From Podarcis cretensis (lineage: Eukaryota), in contig OX638157.1 of assembly GCA_951804945.1 (NCBI GenBank), forward strand, positions 40,362,001 through 40,426,000: a DNA stretch of 64,000 nt, given 5' to 3'. Below are positions 13,896-26,752 of the stretch, one piece after another. The translations under genes were made by a program, and so were the position numbers. The number at the start of each line of letters is the position of its first letter. The first letter of the stretch is position 1. Under the pieces are notes generated by a model. The model saw only the letters and a list, made by a program, of their open reading frames with translations. It was not told the origin of the DNA and did no database searches.

Positions 13896-14758
13896 GGATC
13901 CAAAAAACGGTTCTATTGCATGAGTGGAAAGCATTGATTTTCATTGATTTGCCCTGTGCCCTCTTATCACGTGGTTCCCAAAGGTCACCCAATCTTTAAG
14001 AGGAGTTTTTCAGAAGGTGCAGGAGACTGCAATAGGAAGCCATGTTGCAGCAGCACACTTCTGTTCCCTTGTCTTAGGCTTCAAGTCAACTACAGAGACT
14101 GAAGTAAAAGCTACTTAAATTTGATGTAATTTTAATATCCTACGTTAAGCTGTTATATTAAATATATCCATTATCCTTCTATTCAAATTTCCACATTGAA
14201 CCACCCTACATATAAAACCCACTCTCACAAAATAACCAAATTCGTAACCTTAGTTTAATCCAGACGTAAGTACATCAAGGTAAAATTCTTGCCTAAAGTC
14301 ATATGCAAAGTATGTGCCTTCCTATAGGAAATGAGATTTCCAAAATCCATTACATCACTGATTCATACATGAGCACTGAAAGCCAATAAATCACTTAAAC
14401 TATGATACAGAGGTCCTTTAAAAATTTGCATTTACCTATAGTAAATACCGCCATGTTCTTTAATAGCTTGCTAGCGCAATCTTCGCAAACTACTGATTTA
14501 TGGTTGTGACATATTTTCAAAATCAGAAATCCATCACTGTATGACATCTACTAGAAAGGCAGTTCAAGTTACATAACTCTAAATTTAAACTCTGTGTAAC
14601 ATGAAAGTCACATAGCAAAAAAAAAAAAAAAACCTGTACTGTATTGCTTATTTTAGTTTCTCTACTGTTCATTTCACTCTAGGAATATATGGAAGCTATT
14701 TGTTAGTACACCACATCAATTTACAGGCCTACTCATAGAGGTTTCTCAACATTTCATT

Positions 14759-15114
14759 AAAGGTAAAGGTAAAGGTAGCCCTGCCCGTACGGGCCAGTCT
14801 TGACAGACTCTGGGGTTGTGCGCCCATCTCACTTAAGAGGCCAGGGGCCAGCGCTGTCCGGAGACACTTCCGGGTCACGTGGCCAGCGTGACATCGCTGC
14901 TCTGGCGAGCCAGAGCCGCACACGGAAACGCCGTTTACCTTCCCGCTGGTAAGCGGTCCCTATTTATCTACTTGCACCCAGAGGTGCTTTCGAACTGCTA
15001 GGTTGGCAGGCGCTGGGACCGAGCAGCGGGAGCGCACCCCGCCGCAGGGATTCGAACCGCCAACCTTTCGATCGGCAAGTCCTAGGCGCTGAGGCTTTAA
15101 CCTTTAGCGCCACC
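14759..15114 (-). mobile_element. Sauria-type SINE, same young subfamily as the 29767 copy
   Basis: Near-identical to 29767-30136; (ACCTTT)n tail at the left end; CpGs retained. Confidence 0.9.
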
Positions 15115-15329
15115 TACATAATAATGGACAAAAAGAAAATATAGCGATACGGCCCCTAGAAATGAATAGCAATAATCAAACTTGGAAGTAACAAAGGCTG
15201 AAAGCAAACAGTGGACATTTCCTCAAGATAACAACTGTCATGATCTCTTTTAGCAACTTTCCTGAAGAAGAGGTAACCAATGGGCTACCCTAAAGTGACC
15301 TTAAAATTTATATTCAGCAGAAACAATAC

Positions 15330-16280
15330 TGTTCGACCAAAGCCTATTAAAGTTTGTGAGCCATATCCAACCCCGCAACTCTGCCTGGTGCAACAAGCTT
15401 CCATGCAAGCCACAAGCCTTCCTCTTCCTCTCCTGTCCCCTCCAGCCTCCCATGCAACCTCAAAATCAGCTCCAGGGGGAGAAGAGGAAGTGGGATCATC
15501 TTAATAGATGGTCCTGGTTGCGGGCAGGCCCTCAACCCAGTCCCCCCACCCTAGCATGGGTGGAGCCATTACCCTCACCACAGGGTGGCACAACAATTAC
15601 CCAGGGCTATCACATAATCAATTTGAGTGGGGTGATCATGGTAGGGGGGGGGAGTATAAAAGCGGCAGGGCGACGTGTGCCAAGCACCTGCTTCGCGCTG
15701 CCGAACATCCGCCCACACTCCCTTTAATTTAGGTGTCCTCTGGCCTTGCTTTGAACTTTGGGTTGGTTGCCAGTCTTGGACAGGGACCAGGTAGGAATTC
15801 TTCCATCTGGCAAATTGGCACTGGCCACTTGGTTTTCACCTAACTCTTAGCAATCATCACAACTTTGTAAGGTTTGGCAGTTAGGCATTGGCTTATTGTT
15901 GAGTGGGGGAGGGGGAGGTCGGCCATCGCCTGCCCTTCCATTGTCCAAGGGTATTCTGTTAAAGTAATCTGGGGCCTGGATCCTGTCCAAAGTCCGCTTG
16001 AGGGGCTAGGGCCATGTCAGGCCTCTGGGAACACCGGGGGAGATGCAGGCGGGTTCCCCCGAAGCAGCTCCCCTTTGGGTGGTTTACCCTTACAGACTTC
16101 CTGCAAAGGGGGCAGGAGTCCAATATAATCTTTTGCCAATGCCTAAGCCAATACCACTCACATTTCCTGTAATCAATAAAGCTGTCGCCAAAATTTGCCC
16201 AATAACCTTAAACAAAAAATCTGTGTCTGTGTGAATTTCTTTATTCTAATGGGGGGTTGGCTTCAGGGTCTTGACACGCA
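15330..16280 (+). mobile_element. Probable solo LTR
   Basis: TG...CA ends; flanks AATAC / AATAG (4/5 TSD); TATAAAA 15655-15661; AATAAA 16175-16180; GC-rich block in an AT-rich intron. Confidence 0.65.
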
Positions 16281-17699
16281 AATAGAACTCCTGTTATACC
16301 TCTAGAAACTTGCTAGTGCACAACTGGATAAAACCCAATGTAATATGATTTTACTGAAAGAGGATGACCTTCAAAAAGACCTGCCACATGAGATGCTTGA
16401 ATGAAATAACTGGCGAAGGTAGACAAACCACTTAATTGAAAATTCACACTCAGAGATTCCTGATTCTTTAAATGGGAAAGATATCCATTCATTAAAAAAA
16501 ACAACCTCAAGGTACAAAAGTTTAAAGTGTTTTTTTCAGCCAGTGTCTACATTGAATTAATGGCAGTTTTATGAATTTTAAAATAACAAATAGGTATTTC
16601 TTCTCCAAAATTTCCTTGTTTTGTTTTCTCAAATGATGAGGCTTACAATAACATTTCCCCCAATGTTCTTTCTAAGAGGGATACAGAGAATGGCTTGTTT
16701 TTAATGACTATTTTATCATCCTGTGATCCATTGTGATGGAGGTGCCACTGCATATATTCCAAATTGTCAGGCTTTGACAAACCATTTGTGCAAGAATTCT
16801 AGTTTTGTATAAGATACATGGCAACAAACAGCATACAATAAAATAATTGGGAAGGACCATAACACCTGTACTTAGTAGGACTACACCAATCTACACACTT
16901 CCATAGTGTGCGTTTTCTCTCACACTAATGTTCTGAAGGTCCCACACACAAATGAGTATAAGAAAGACAGAATGGAATGAAACGCAGGAGGAAAATATCA
17001 ACTGATCACCACAAATATGCTTCGGATAGGCCCTTAACAAGGTACTCAAAACACTGACAAACTGTGGCCCACCAACTGTAGACCTGCACAAACTGTGACC
17101 CACCAAGCCAATAAAGTTAGCTAGCTGTGCACTGTGGCCTGCCAAGTGATTGATAATCCCCCTGCCAGCCATGGAGTAATAACTGGAGGTTTCCCTGGTG
17201 ACAGCCATATATAGCTGGTGGGTTGCATTTCATTTTGTGGGTGACAAGCTGTTCAGACATGCTACTTTTGCTAGCTTTCATTCTTTTACATTTACCAACA
17301 TTTGGGATACCAGAACTTTTCTGTAGATAATTGTGTAATCTGCAAATGTGTTTTTGTATGAAGCCAGTCACCTATTTACCAAATAGTCAACTTGGTTATC
17401 ACACATTTGTTTAACTTCCATGCATTTGTCATCCAAATGCTTTGCAAGGAATAAAGAAAAAACATATTTATAGATATACTTAGATTATGTTGTCCATAGC
17501 TAACCAGAGAAGAAGGAAACATTTTGCTTTGTATTCTTTTAAAAAAAGGTACAATACATATTTTAATTGCCTAGTGTTTAAGACATTTGCATACAAACAA
17601 TACTAGATGGCTCAGAACTCAATGCACATTTTTCCCAAATTAAAAAGAAAGTAAGGTGATGTGGACTGTGCTGCTCAATATATTTTCCACTGTGTAACC

Positions 17700-18250
17700 A
17701 TAAAAGGGATGCCAGGAAAGTCTCACTAGAAGACAATCCAAAGTACTGGGCAAATTTATACATCGGGAAGCAGTCCTTTAGCTACTGGGATCCTAAACCA
17801 TTTAGAGCTTTAAAAGTAACAACAGCACATTAAATTAAGAACTAGTTGTCAATGCAGCTGGTACAATGAGGAAATAACATGGCCCCCAAATTTGGCAATA
17901 GTCAGAACTCACAACAGCATTTTGAATCAGCTGACATTTTCGAACAATATTCATGGATCAGCCCCTTTAATGTGTTACAGAATCCAATCTAGATGTAATT
18001 AAGGGATCTGTGACCATGGTCCTTATCTACACCCTCCAAGTATAGGCACGGCTAATGCTGAGTAAAAGTTCCATTGGCCATCAAGAAACACTGTCAAGCT
18101 GTGAATATGATCCTCCTAGGGGATGTACAGCCCTAATCTAGAACAGTTTGACCATGATGACTTCTGCCTAGTCCAGAGTAAATTTCAAGATCTGTCACAA
18201 TCCAAGCCACATTTCCACAGCTTCCCCAGAATGAACTGATGAAGAGATAT
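17700..18250 (-). mobile_element. L2 LINE fragment (old)
   Basis: CATTTAGAGCTTTAAAAGTAACAACAGCACATTAAATT...GCATTTTGAATCAGCTG..AATCCAATCTAGATGT, reverse of L2 ORF2 3' motifs. Confidence 0.55.
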
Positions 18251-19034
18251 ATTTTTAAAATCTGCCTCTCTATATATTGGTTATAGTCATTGGTTACATG
18301 GCTTCTCAAAAGAACATTTGGGGATTGAAATTATTTTGGTTGGAACTTATTGTTTGTTTTTATATTGTTTGACCTCCTTTACAAGGTAAAAAGTCATTTT
18401 CAAGTGTTGGGGGGTGGCAAATGCATGACATATAGGCTGCAAAATGAGGGTGGGGTGAACATGCGCCCTGCAACATACAATATATTTCCCACCCCATACC
18501 AACTGCACTTCAGGGATTCTTTATTTCACTGCAAAGCTATGAAGAGGAATTCTAAGCACATTCACTGGAACGTGCTTAAAAACCCTTTGGACATTTGCAC
18601 TGAATATGGGAAGGTCTGAAGTAGTGGTGATGAGTAACTGGTGATGAGCCTTTGATGCGCACTTCTCAGTCATAGACACACTTTAAACCGCAGGCATTTG
18701 AAAAGGGATCATCAGGCCTAAAGGGAAAACAGTAGCTGCAATGTTTAAGGATTAAAAAGAGCCCATCATGAGCAGAATAACCAATATTTGTTTAGTATAT
18801 AAACAAGCAAAGCAATGGTTACTAATTATCCTTTCCCCAATTCAATATTAGCACAAAGTAAGCTTGCTCAGCTATTGCAAAGAGAGAGAGAGAGAAAGGG
18901 GGGGTACAGTACTTAGTGCATTTGACACCATACAGAGAAGAAATATACTGTGCAGGATGTTTTACTCAGCATACTGTTCCAATACCAGCACAGGAGAGGA
19001 GATTATAGGGGCATTCACTGTCTGCAGTCTATAC

Positions 19035-19338
19035 CAGGGGTGAGCAAACTTTTTCATCCGTTGGCCGGTCCACCGTCCCTCAGACCATGTGGTGGTGGGG
19101 AAATGGAACAAATTCCTATGCCCCACAAATAACCCAGAGATGCATTTTAAATAAAAGCACACATTCTACTCATGTAAAAACACCAGACAGGCCCCACAAA
19201 TAACCCAGAGATGCATTTTAAGTAAAGGGACACATTCTACTCGTGTAAAAACATGCTGATTCCCGGAGTGTCCACGGGCCGGATTTAGAAGGCGATTGGG
19301 CCGCATCTGGCCCCTGGGCCTTAGTTTGCCTACCCCTG
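19035..19338. mobile_element. hAT (Charlie-like) MITE
   Basis: TIRs CAGGGGTGAGCAAACT / AGTTTGCCTACCCCTG; perfect 8-bp TSD GTCTATAC; ~70-bp internal tandem duplication. Confidence 0.92.
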
Positions 19339-19576
19339 GTCTATACAGTGGAAAGCACTCCACTAAGTGCCACACAAAATATGGTCCAGTATCAACAAAG
19401 GCAAGAAAATGTAAGGTTTAGTAATTCTGAATTAGGGGTCAGCACAATTGTCTTAGGCTATAATACAACACAGGATATTAGGTGGGCAAAAAAGGAAGAG
19501 ACTGCAGCTGTAGCTGCAATATCTGAGATCATTGTGTGGAAAAATGAAGCCACTCACTCACTCACTCTTCTTTCTT

Positions 19577-19610
<34 letters not shown>

Positions 19611-20187
19611 CCTGCTTATAGGTTTAGGTGCGTACACTGCATTACAGATGAATACACAGCCTTAGAATTTGGTTTTGGAACAATTCCCTCCCATTTAAAC
19701 ACAAAAATATTTTCATTAAGATGACATGTTAAGTATACAGGTTTAAAAGGTCAAGTTTCCTTTGCTAATTGTTTAAATTTAGGTCTCCTTGAAACTTTTC
19801 TGATCTTAGAAATCACAACTGTGAAAACTGTGTTTCTTAAAAACTGTTTCTTCAAAACTAATTTATACCCTATTCTTAAGCAGCATAGGTTACAAAAAGT
19901 TAAAATACTCTGCCTTGCTATAAATGTAATCAGACTGTGTCCAGAGTTCATTCAAATGTTATTTTTATTTTACATTTTGTATGTCCTAGTAAGTAAGTAT
20001 ACTTCCTGCGCAAAGCAGTTATCAGTAACCCCTAAATAAACCATGATATAACACAAAACCAATGCACCGTCAGCACATCCTTGCATATGTGAGAAGTCTT
20101 GCACACAATGTAAACTTTATTTTAGGATTCCAACTGCCTGAAAAACTACAGCTTCTGCACCCTTCCCCTGTCCCCACTATTTATGAA

Positions 20188-20740
20188 CTGTATTTTTTCA
20201 TGTATAAGACTCCCCGCCCCCCCGCCCCCGGGTGTATAAGATGCCCCTTATTTGGGGGAACTCAAATTTAAGAAAATGGGGGGAGATGGCCCAGAGTTGT
20301 TGAACTTTTTCTGGGGATGATTGCCCAAAGTTGTTGAGCTTCTTTTGAGGAGGATTGCCCATAGTTGTGGGGCTTTGGGGGGGGGGGGGAGATGCAGAAA
20401 ATCACCAACCCGACAGACAAATGCTCATAATCACTTGTACTGCAGAATCATACCAGTGCCTGCCCACTCACAATATCCCCTATTGCCACACCAGCCAATC
20501 CACAGCAGCACTTCACACAGCAACCAATCATCCACCCAATTACCGCAGCAGCAGCAGCCAATCCAAAGCAGCCCTTGCCGCAGCCACCAATCACCCACAA
20601 AATTACCGCTTACAAGCTGCAGCTCACGGCTGCAACCAATCACCTATCCCCCCTATGCACTATCTGTGTATAAGACGACCCCAGTTTTTAAACATTATTT
20701 TTGAGTAAAAAAAGCTCGACTCATACATGGAAAAGTACTG
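20188..20740. mobile_element. Non-autonomous TcMar (Tc2-like) element with internal minisatellite
   Basis: CTGTATTTTTTCATGTATAAGAC / CGACTCATACATGGAAAAGTACTG ends; repeated CAGC(C/A)ACCAATCAC units. Confidence 0.7.
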
Positions 20741-21039
20741 TAATTACTTTGGGCAATTAAAAAATGCTTCTGTTTGGAGATTGCACCGATGACCTCATCA
20801 GTATGCTGAAATCCTACACAGTAGCAAACCTTCTGCCAGATTCTGAGTAGATACAGGAAATGACACACTGTGCAGCCCATAGCACTGTATGTGGGCACAT
20901 CCTCCCTTCTTCCAGAGATACACATTGGAAAGTCAGTGCTGCAGGTTGTTAACTCACAACAGCACAAAGCTAGAAGCACTGGGGACTTCTATAAAATGGC
21001 TTTAAAAAACAACAACCCTAAGACTCTAGCTCACTAACA

Positions 21040-21100
21040 TTAAATCTGTTTGGTCTTTGAAGGTGCTACAAAACTTGCTTTTGCTACAACACACCAGCAG
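21040..21100 (+). mobile_element. Penelope-like end fragment
   Basis: AAATCTGTTTGGTCTTTGAAGGTGCTACAAAAC..TTTTGCTACAAC, similar to the 13.8-kb remnant. Confidence 0.4.
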
Positions 21101-21311
21101 AGCTATGACTTGTCCAAGTGATCCTGTCCCTAGGTACACAATTATGTGACCAAAGGACTATGACAACAGAAACCAATGGAGAAATTATACACCAAGTACA
21201 TTGCGCTAGATCACAGGATGTGCCGACCTGTTTGTATCAGTGGATGTTTGGGGCAATGGTATTTTAGATTAGGATGCCAGACTAGAAAATCTCCATTAGT
21301 TATTCCAGAAC

Positions 21312-21452
21312 AGAATCATAGAACCATACAGGTGGAAGGGATCCCAGGGGTCATCTACTCCAACCTCCTGCAATGCAGGAATCTTAACTAAATCTTACAT
21401 GACAGATGGCCACCAAACTTCTGCTTGAAAACCTCCAAGGAAGGAGAGTCCA
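21312..21452 (-). mobile_element. CR1 3' end fragment
   Basis: AGAATCATAGAA...GGAAGGGATCCCAGGGGTCATCTACTCCAACCTCCTGCAATGCAGGAATC is the reverse complement of the CR1 tail at 62.1 kb. Confidence 0.8.
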
Positions 21453-21939
21453 CTTGTCATTTAAGTTCATCGATCTTTTGTCACCAACTGTTACATTTGA
21501 GCAAGCCTTTTCTTTTTTTCTGCACAGTGAAGAGAAAGTATAGAGGCAGGATGTGGAACGACAACACATCTGGACCCTATGAAGCATTTAGCCAATTAGA
21601 AAAAATAAAAATAAAAAGGTCCAATGTGGCAGTCTGTAATTACTTAAAATTCCCACAACAGATCTAGAATATAAAACTGAATTTTTAAATTTATTTTCCA
21701 GATTTCCATTCTATTCAGAAGCACACAAAAATACAACTGAAAAGTAATAAAAACAGGAACAGAGATCTCACCCTGAAGAGCAGTGGTCAGGCTTTTGTCT
21801 TTCAGACGATCTGTAGCTGGGTTCCTTCAGAGATATTTTTGGGGAGGCTACAAGGGGCATGAAAGCATAGGAAAAGCCTACTTTGCAAATGGACTTCTAC
21901 TCAGAACAACTCTGGATCCAACCTATCGTCAGTTTCTAT

Positions 21940-21941
<2 letters not shown>

Positions 21942-21981
<40 letters not shown>
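21942..21981. repeat. (TAA)n microsatellite
   Basis: Direct reading; abuts an L2-like tail remnant. Confidence 0.95.
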
Positions 21982-22145
21982 TTCTATACTGCCCTTCATT
22001 CAAAGATTATGAAGGATGAAGATGAGGAAAATTACTACTACCATCTACTATCAGCCCTTCACCATATGGTCCCAGGATGGATTACAGCAATTAAAACACA
22101 ATATTAAAAATAAAATATATTATTAAAAACATTAAAAACAATTTA

Positions 22146-22465
22146 CAGTGGTGCCCCACAAGACGAATGCCTCGCAAGACGAAAAACCCGCTAGACGAAA
22201 GGGTTTTCTGTTTTGGAGGCGCTTCGCAAAACGAATTTCCCTATGGGCTTGCTTCGCAAGACGAAATGTCTTGTGAGTTTTTCCGACTTTCCCCCCCTTC
22301 CCCCCCCTTTTTCTAAGCCGCTAAGCCGCTTATCCGCTAAGCCGCTAAAAGCCGCTAATAGCGCTAATCCGCTAAGCTGTCAATGGGCTTGCTTCGCAAG
22401 ACGAAAAAACCGCTAGACGAAGAGAATTGCGGAACGGATTCTTTTCATCTTGCGAGGCACCACTG
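22146..22465. mobile_element. Tc1/mariner MITE (CAGTGGTGCCTCGCAAGACGAA type)
   Basis: TIRs with TA TSD; internal GCAAGACGAA and CCGCTAA repeats. Confidence 0.88.
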
Positions 22466-23099
22466 TACAATTACAGAAATAATGTGGGTCCTAAAAGTAT
22501 ACATGTATATAGATGTAATGCAATATACACATGCCATTCAGAATACAAATACAGAATGAGCACAGTTTCTGCATCAGCTTAATCAGGGAAATGGCTATTG
22601 TGAGGGGTGAGGCTTTGGAGTACAGAATATGACTGCAGTACTATTAAAGAGCGTAACACACATAGCTAAAGAAAGCCCTGTTATGAATACGTGCTGTTAA
22701 ACAGTATTCTGGTGCGATCGTATGTCCACAATGACCCAACAATGCTCTCTAATTAATTTAAGAATACTGATATTTCTTGAAAATGGTGCAATACTTTTAA
22801 TTACCACTAATAACTAATGTCTTGCTGCATTTTCGAACTAGTTATTCGGTCATGTTTACTTAAGACTATTCCACAATTAAACAATGTCTTCAGGTATTCT
22901 TTTATTAATATAACAGTGTAACTTTGATCAGCACAACTAATTTCTCCCTGTCTTAAGTTAAAATGTATGTAATTATATGTGTCAAACATATAAACATTTT
23001 AAAAAAATCTGCCACATAAAAAGCAAAAGGGAATGAGCACCATCTCATGGGCATTGGAGGTAATGAAAGAAGAAAAAACGTATTTGCAAGTCTCCTGTA

Positions 23100-23340
23100 C
23101 GGTGGTACCTCTAGTTACGAACTTAATTCGTTCCAGAGGTCCATTCTTAACCTGAAACTGTTCTTAACTACAGACATGCTTTCACTAATGGGGCCTCTTG
23201 CTGCCACTGCGCCGCCGGCACACGATTTCCGTTCTCATCCTGGGGCAAAGTTCTCAACTTGAGATAACTCTTCCAGGTTAGTGGAGTTTGTAACCTGAAG
23301 CGTTTGTAACCTGAGGCATTTGTAACTCGAAGCACCACTG
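23100..23340. mobile_element. Tc1/mariner MITE, same family, opposite orientation
   Basis: TA|CGGTGGTACCTC...AAGCACCACTG|TA. Confidence 0.85.
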
Positions 23341-23720
23341 TACTCAGATGTGAAAATCTCCACCTGATTCTCTAAAATTCTTCAGAAGTATACTAATATT
23401 TTAACAGGTTTTTAAAATGTAATTTAAGAGAAGAACTCACGTAACTATACAAAGCTTTTCTACGATTAAGCTAAACATATACTGGTAGCATGTAAAATTT
23501 AATCAATTAAATCCTATAGGAAATGTTGTACAGGTTTTAGATTACCAAAGCTACAATCCCTATTGGAAGTACCTGTAAACAGAGTGAGATTTATCTTCAT
23601 GTAAACATGTATAGAATTGCACTGCAGCCCATTAGTTATCAAAGGGGCGGGCAGAAATATGAACACACCACTGAAGGTGCCAAGGTAACTTTTTTTTGTC
23701 AAGCTTGGCTTAATTTAGTA

Positions 23721-23933
23721 CAGTGGTACCTCTGGTTGTGGACACGATCCGTTCTGGGGTGCTGTTCACACCCTGAAAAGTCCGTAACCAGAGCGGCGCT
23801 TCTGCGCATGTGCGAAGCATGATAGAGCGCTTCTGTGCATGAACGAATCACGCAGAACGCTTCTGCGCATGTGGCGAAACCCAGAAGTAAACACTTCCAG
23901 ATTTGACGCATTCTTAACCCGAGAAAACGCAAC
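23721..23933. mobile_element. Tc1/mariner MITE with different interior, right TIR lost
   Basis: TA|CAGTGGTACCTCTGGTTG; internal CGCTTCTGCGCATG repeats. Confidence 0.7.
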
Positions 23934-23970
23934 ACTAAGCTAATGCTATTATAGGCTGCATATATATTAC

Positions 23971-23972
<2 letters not shown>

Positions 23973-24020
<48 letters not shown>
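23973..24020. repeat. (AG)n microsatellite
   Basis: Direct reading. Confidence 0.95.
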
Positions 24021-24021
<1 letters not shown>

Positions 24022-24606
24022 ACTTTATTTTATCAAGCACACTTTGCTTTGGAAGTAAATTAATTCTGCTTCTTCACAATATCCTTCTTAATTTTGTACA
24101 GTATAGGAAAATAGTGAACAGAAAAAAAATACAATTAATTCCATTAAATTTGATCAAAGTACTCCTTCTTTCACAAAAACGGCCCTTGCTCATTTCCTTT
24201 AAGCTATCTGTTTTACATGTACTAATTTAAGTACTGGTTCCAGTACCCACTGACCTGAAATTTTACCCAGTAATAGCAGTACTCAGAGAAGTCCCACACT
24301 AGCTTCTGTGTCAGTTCAAGTTACAAACACCTGTCTACTGCCATAACAGTTTGGCAACATACTCTTAGAGGAAATGATTATAACAATGCCATGTTTATAC
24401 ACTGGTGCTGTCTGTCATTAATGAAAGTGTTCACAAAAGGAAACTGTATCAACTCCTGATGCTAGGAAAATGTTCGCAATAGTCTGCATCAACTAACAAT
24501 TAAACATGAATGCATAGCTTTGTGAAAAAAACTGTTTTTACACACTTCCAAATAGAGCTCTTTAATTTAATGGACATGTTTGGACTAAAGCCATCAGTAT
24601 TGTGAG

Positions 24607-24729
24607 CAGTGCTATTTTTCTAGAAAAAGAGGTCCCGGAACTCACTACAGAAACGTACCTCATTCTCTTAGAATAGCATGTTGAGGTGCCAGAACTCACC
24701 TGAGAGGTTCTGGCTGAAAAAAAGCCCTG
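24607..24729. mobile_element. hAT MITE
   Basis: CAGTGCTATTTTTCTAG / CTGAAAAAAAGCCCTG; TSD ATTGTGAG / GTTGTGAG. Confidence 0.8.
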
Positions 24730-25618
24730 GTTGTGAGTAGCCCCTGAATGGACTTAAGTGTAACATGACATGCAGAGAGGATTCTTCTTGCTGTATATAA
24801 TTTTTAAAAGTTTAGAGGAAAAGAATTGATAAGTTATGGTGTATGAAGGTAGGAAACGCCTTGCTGGATCCAGCCAAAGGATGAACTAGTTCTGCAGTTC
24901 ATCAGATGCTTACGTGAAGCCAACTAGCAGGACCTGAGTACCCTTCTCATTTGCGATTCCCAGCAGCCAGTAGTCAAGAGGCATACTAGCTCCCATAGTG
25001 GAGGTACAACAAAGAAATTGTGGCTAATACTTACTGTATACTCCATAAATTTCTCCGATTCCCTTTCAAAGCTGTATGACATACAAAACATTTTCTTTTA
25101 TTCAGAATTCGAAGCAATTTACAGAGATTTAGATTCTCTACCAAAAACGAGGAAGACTACCTGCAAAGCATTTCATATGGCTCACTAAAAAATCAAGTGC
25201 ATGGAACCTGGAACATTATAAACGGAGGGTGAAATATGCAATTTTGAACATACTTGTTATGCAAGGTCACGGCCTTACTCCAGTGCTGGTATGCACAATT
25301 CAATTAACTCAAGTTGTTAACTCAAGAGGTGCAAACTGCCAAATTAAGTGAACAAAATAGTTTACTGTGGGTTTTATTTTCTACCTGTGCAATGGAACTT
25401 CTTCCTCTCCCTGCTCCCACCCCACCCCCCAACAAAAAAATTAATCCAGAGGGTTAGTGGAAAACCTAGGGCGCAGCACAGGAGTAAAAGACTAGGTAGG
25501 AGCAAAGCAGCTACAAGCTTCTCTCCGGGGTCCAGTGTGGTCCCAGTAAGCTACAGCTTGGCTTACTATGATGTGCAAACCAAGTCAATGCTCAAGTTGT
25601 CTAAATTAGATTTAATTG

Positions 25619-25872
25619 TCCCGTTGCTCGGTTTCTGCTCCTGCCAACCTAGTAGTTCGAAAGCACATCAAAGTGCAAGGTACCGCTCCAGCGGGAAGGT
25701 AAATGGCGTTTCCGTGCGCTGCTCTGGTTCTCCAGAAGCGGCTTTGTCATGCTGACCACATGACCCAGAAGCTGTATGCCGGCTCCCTTGGCCAATAAGG
25801 CGAGATGAGCGCCGCAACCCCAGAGTCGGTCACGACTGGACCTAATGGTCAGGGGTCCCTTTACCTTTACCT
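25619..25872 (+). mobile_element. 5'-truncated Sauria-type SINE
   Basis: Colinear with the 55595 copy from CCCGTTGCTCGG to the ACCTTT tail. Confidence 0.85.
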
Positions 25873-26242
25873 ATAAACTAACCAAACAAAAACAAATCTA
25901 AAATAAATTCTGTTGAAAATGAAAGAATACTCCTTTTCTTGATTTGTTATCAAAGTTAAAGGGTTATGAAAGAACATGTGCTATGGGTGGCATTCAAATG
26001 AGTTTTACTCAGAGCCTCCCTGTCTCTGCTGAGAACAAGGCCTATTAGGGCATGGAAGCCTGAGTCAGTACTCCACCCCTGGAACTCACAAAGAAACAAT
26101 TTTGTAACACAATTTTGTGAACAATTTTGTAACACTTGTTTTGGCTGATAGTCAAACTATTTACAAATTGTGAAATATCTAGCGAATGAAGGTGCAATTT
26201 GCACACACATTTTGATCAGCTTCCACATTTAAAGAGATAATA

Positions 26243-26484
26243 CAGTGGTACTTCGGGTTAGATACACTTCAGGTTACATACGCTTCAGGTTACAGACTCC
26301 GCTAACCCAGAAATATTACCTCGGGTTAAGAACTTTGCTTCAGGATGAGAACAGAAATCGTGCAGTGGCGGCGCAGTGGCAGCAGGAGGCCCCATTAACT
26401 AAAGTGGTGCTTCAGGTTAAGAACAGTTTCAGGTTAAGAACAGACCTCCAGAACAAATTAAGTTCTTAACCCGAGGTACCACTG
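26243..26484. mobile_element. Tc1/mariner (Tigger-like) MITE
   Basis: TA|CAGTGGTACTTCGGGTTA...TAACCCGAGGTACCACTG|TA. Confidence 0.9.
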
Positions 26485-26679
26485 TAGACTAAATAGACAT
26501 GAGTCTCTCAGACTGCAAAATGGAAATATCCCTAGGCATAGCTAGGGATATCTAGACTTACCGTATATAGATAGGAGAGCCAAATCTAACCATGGATTGA
26601 ACATTGACAGCAGTTACAGACTTTGGGCTCTCAAATTTCCTGCAGTGCCCTGTGCAATGCTAAAATCCACGTTGCACAG

Positions 26680-26752
26680 ATTTGAACTGCCAACCTTCTG
26701 ATCAGCAAGCCCAAGAGGCTTGGTGGTTTAGACCACAACGCCACCAGCTCCC
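26680..26752 (-). mobile_element. Sauria-type SINE head fragment
   Basis: Reverse complement gives GGGAGCTGGTGGCGTTGTGGTCTAAACCA...GATCAGAAGGTTGGCAGTTCAAATC. Confidence 0.7.

Noticed and set aside
26526-26551. 10-bp stem hairpin ATATCCCTAG/CTAGGGATAT
   Set aside because: Isolated and short, with no supporting context.
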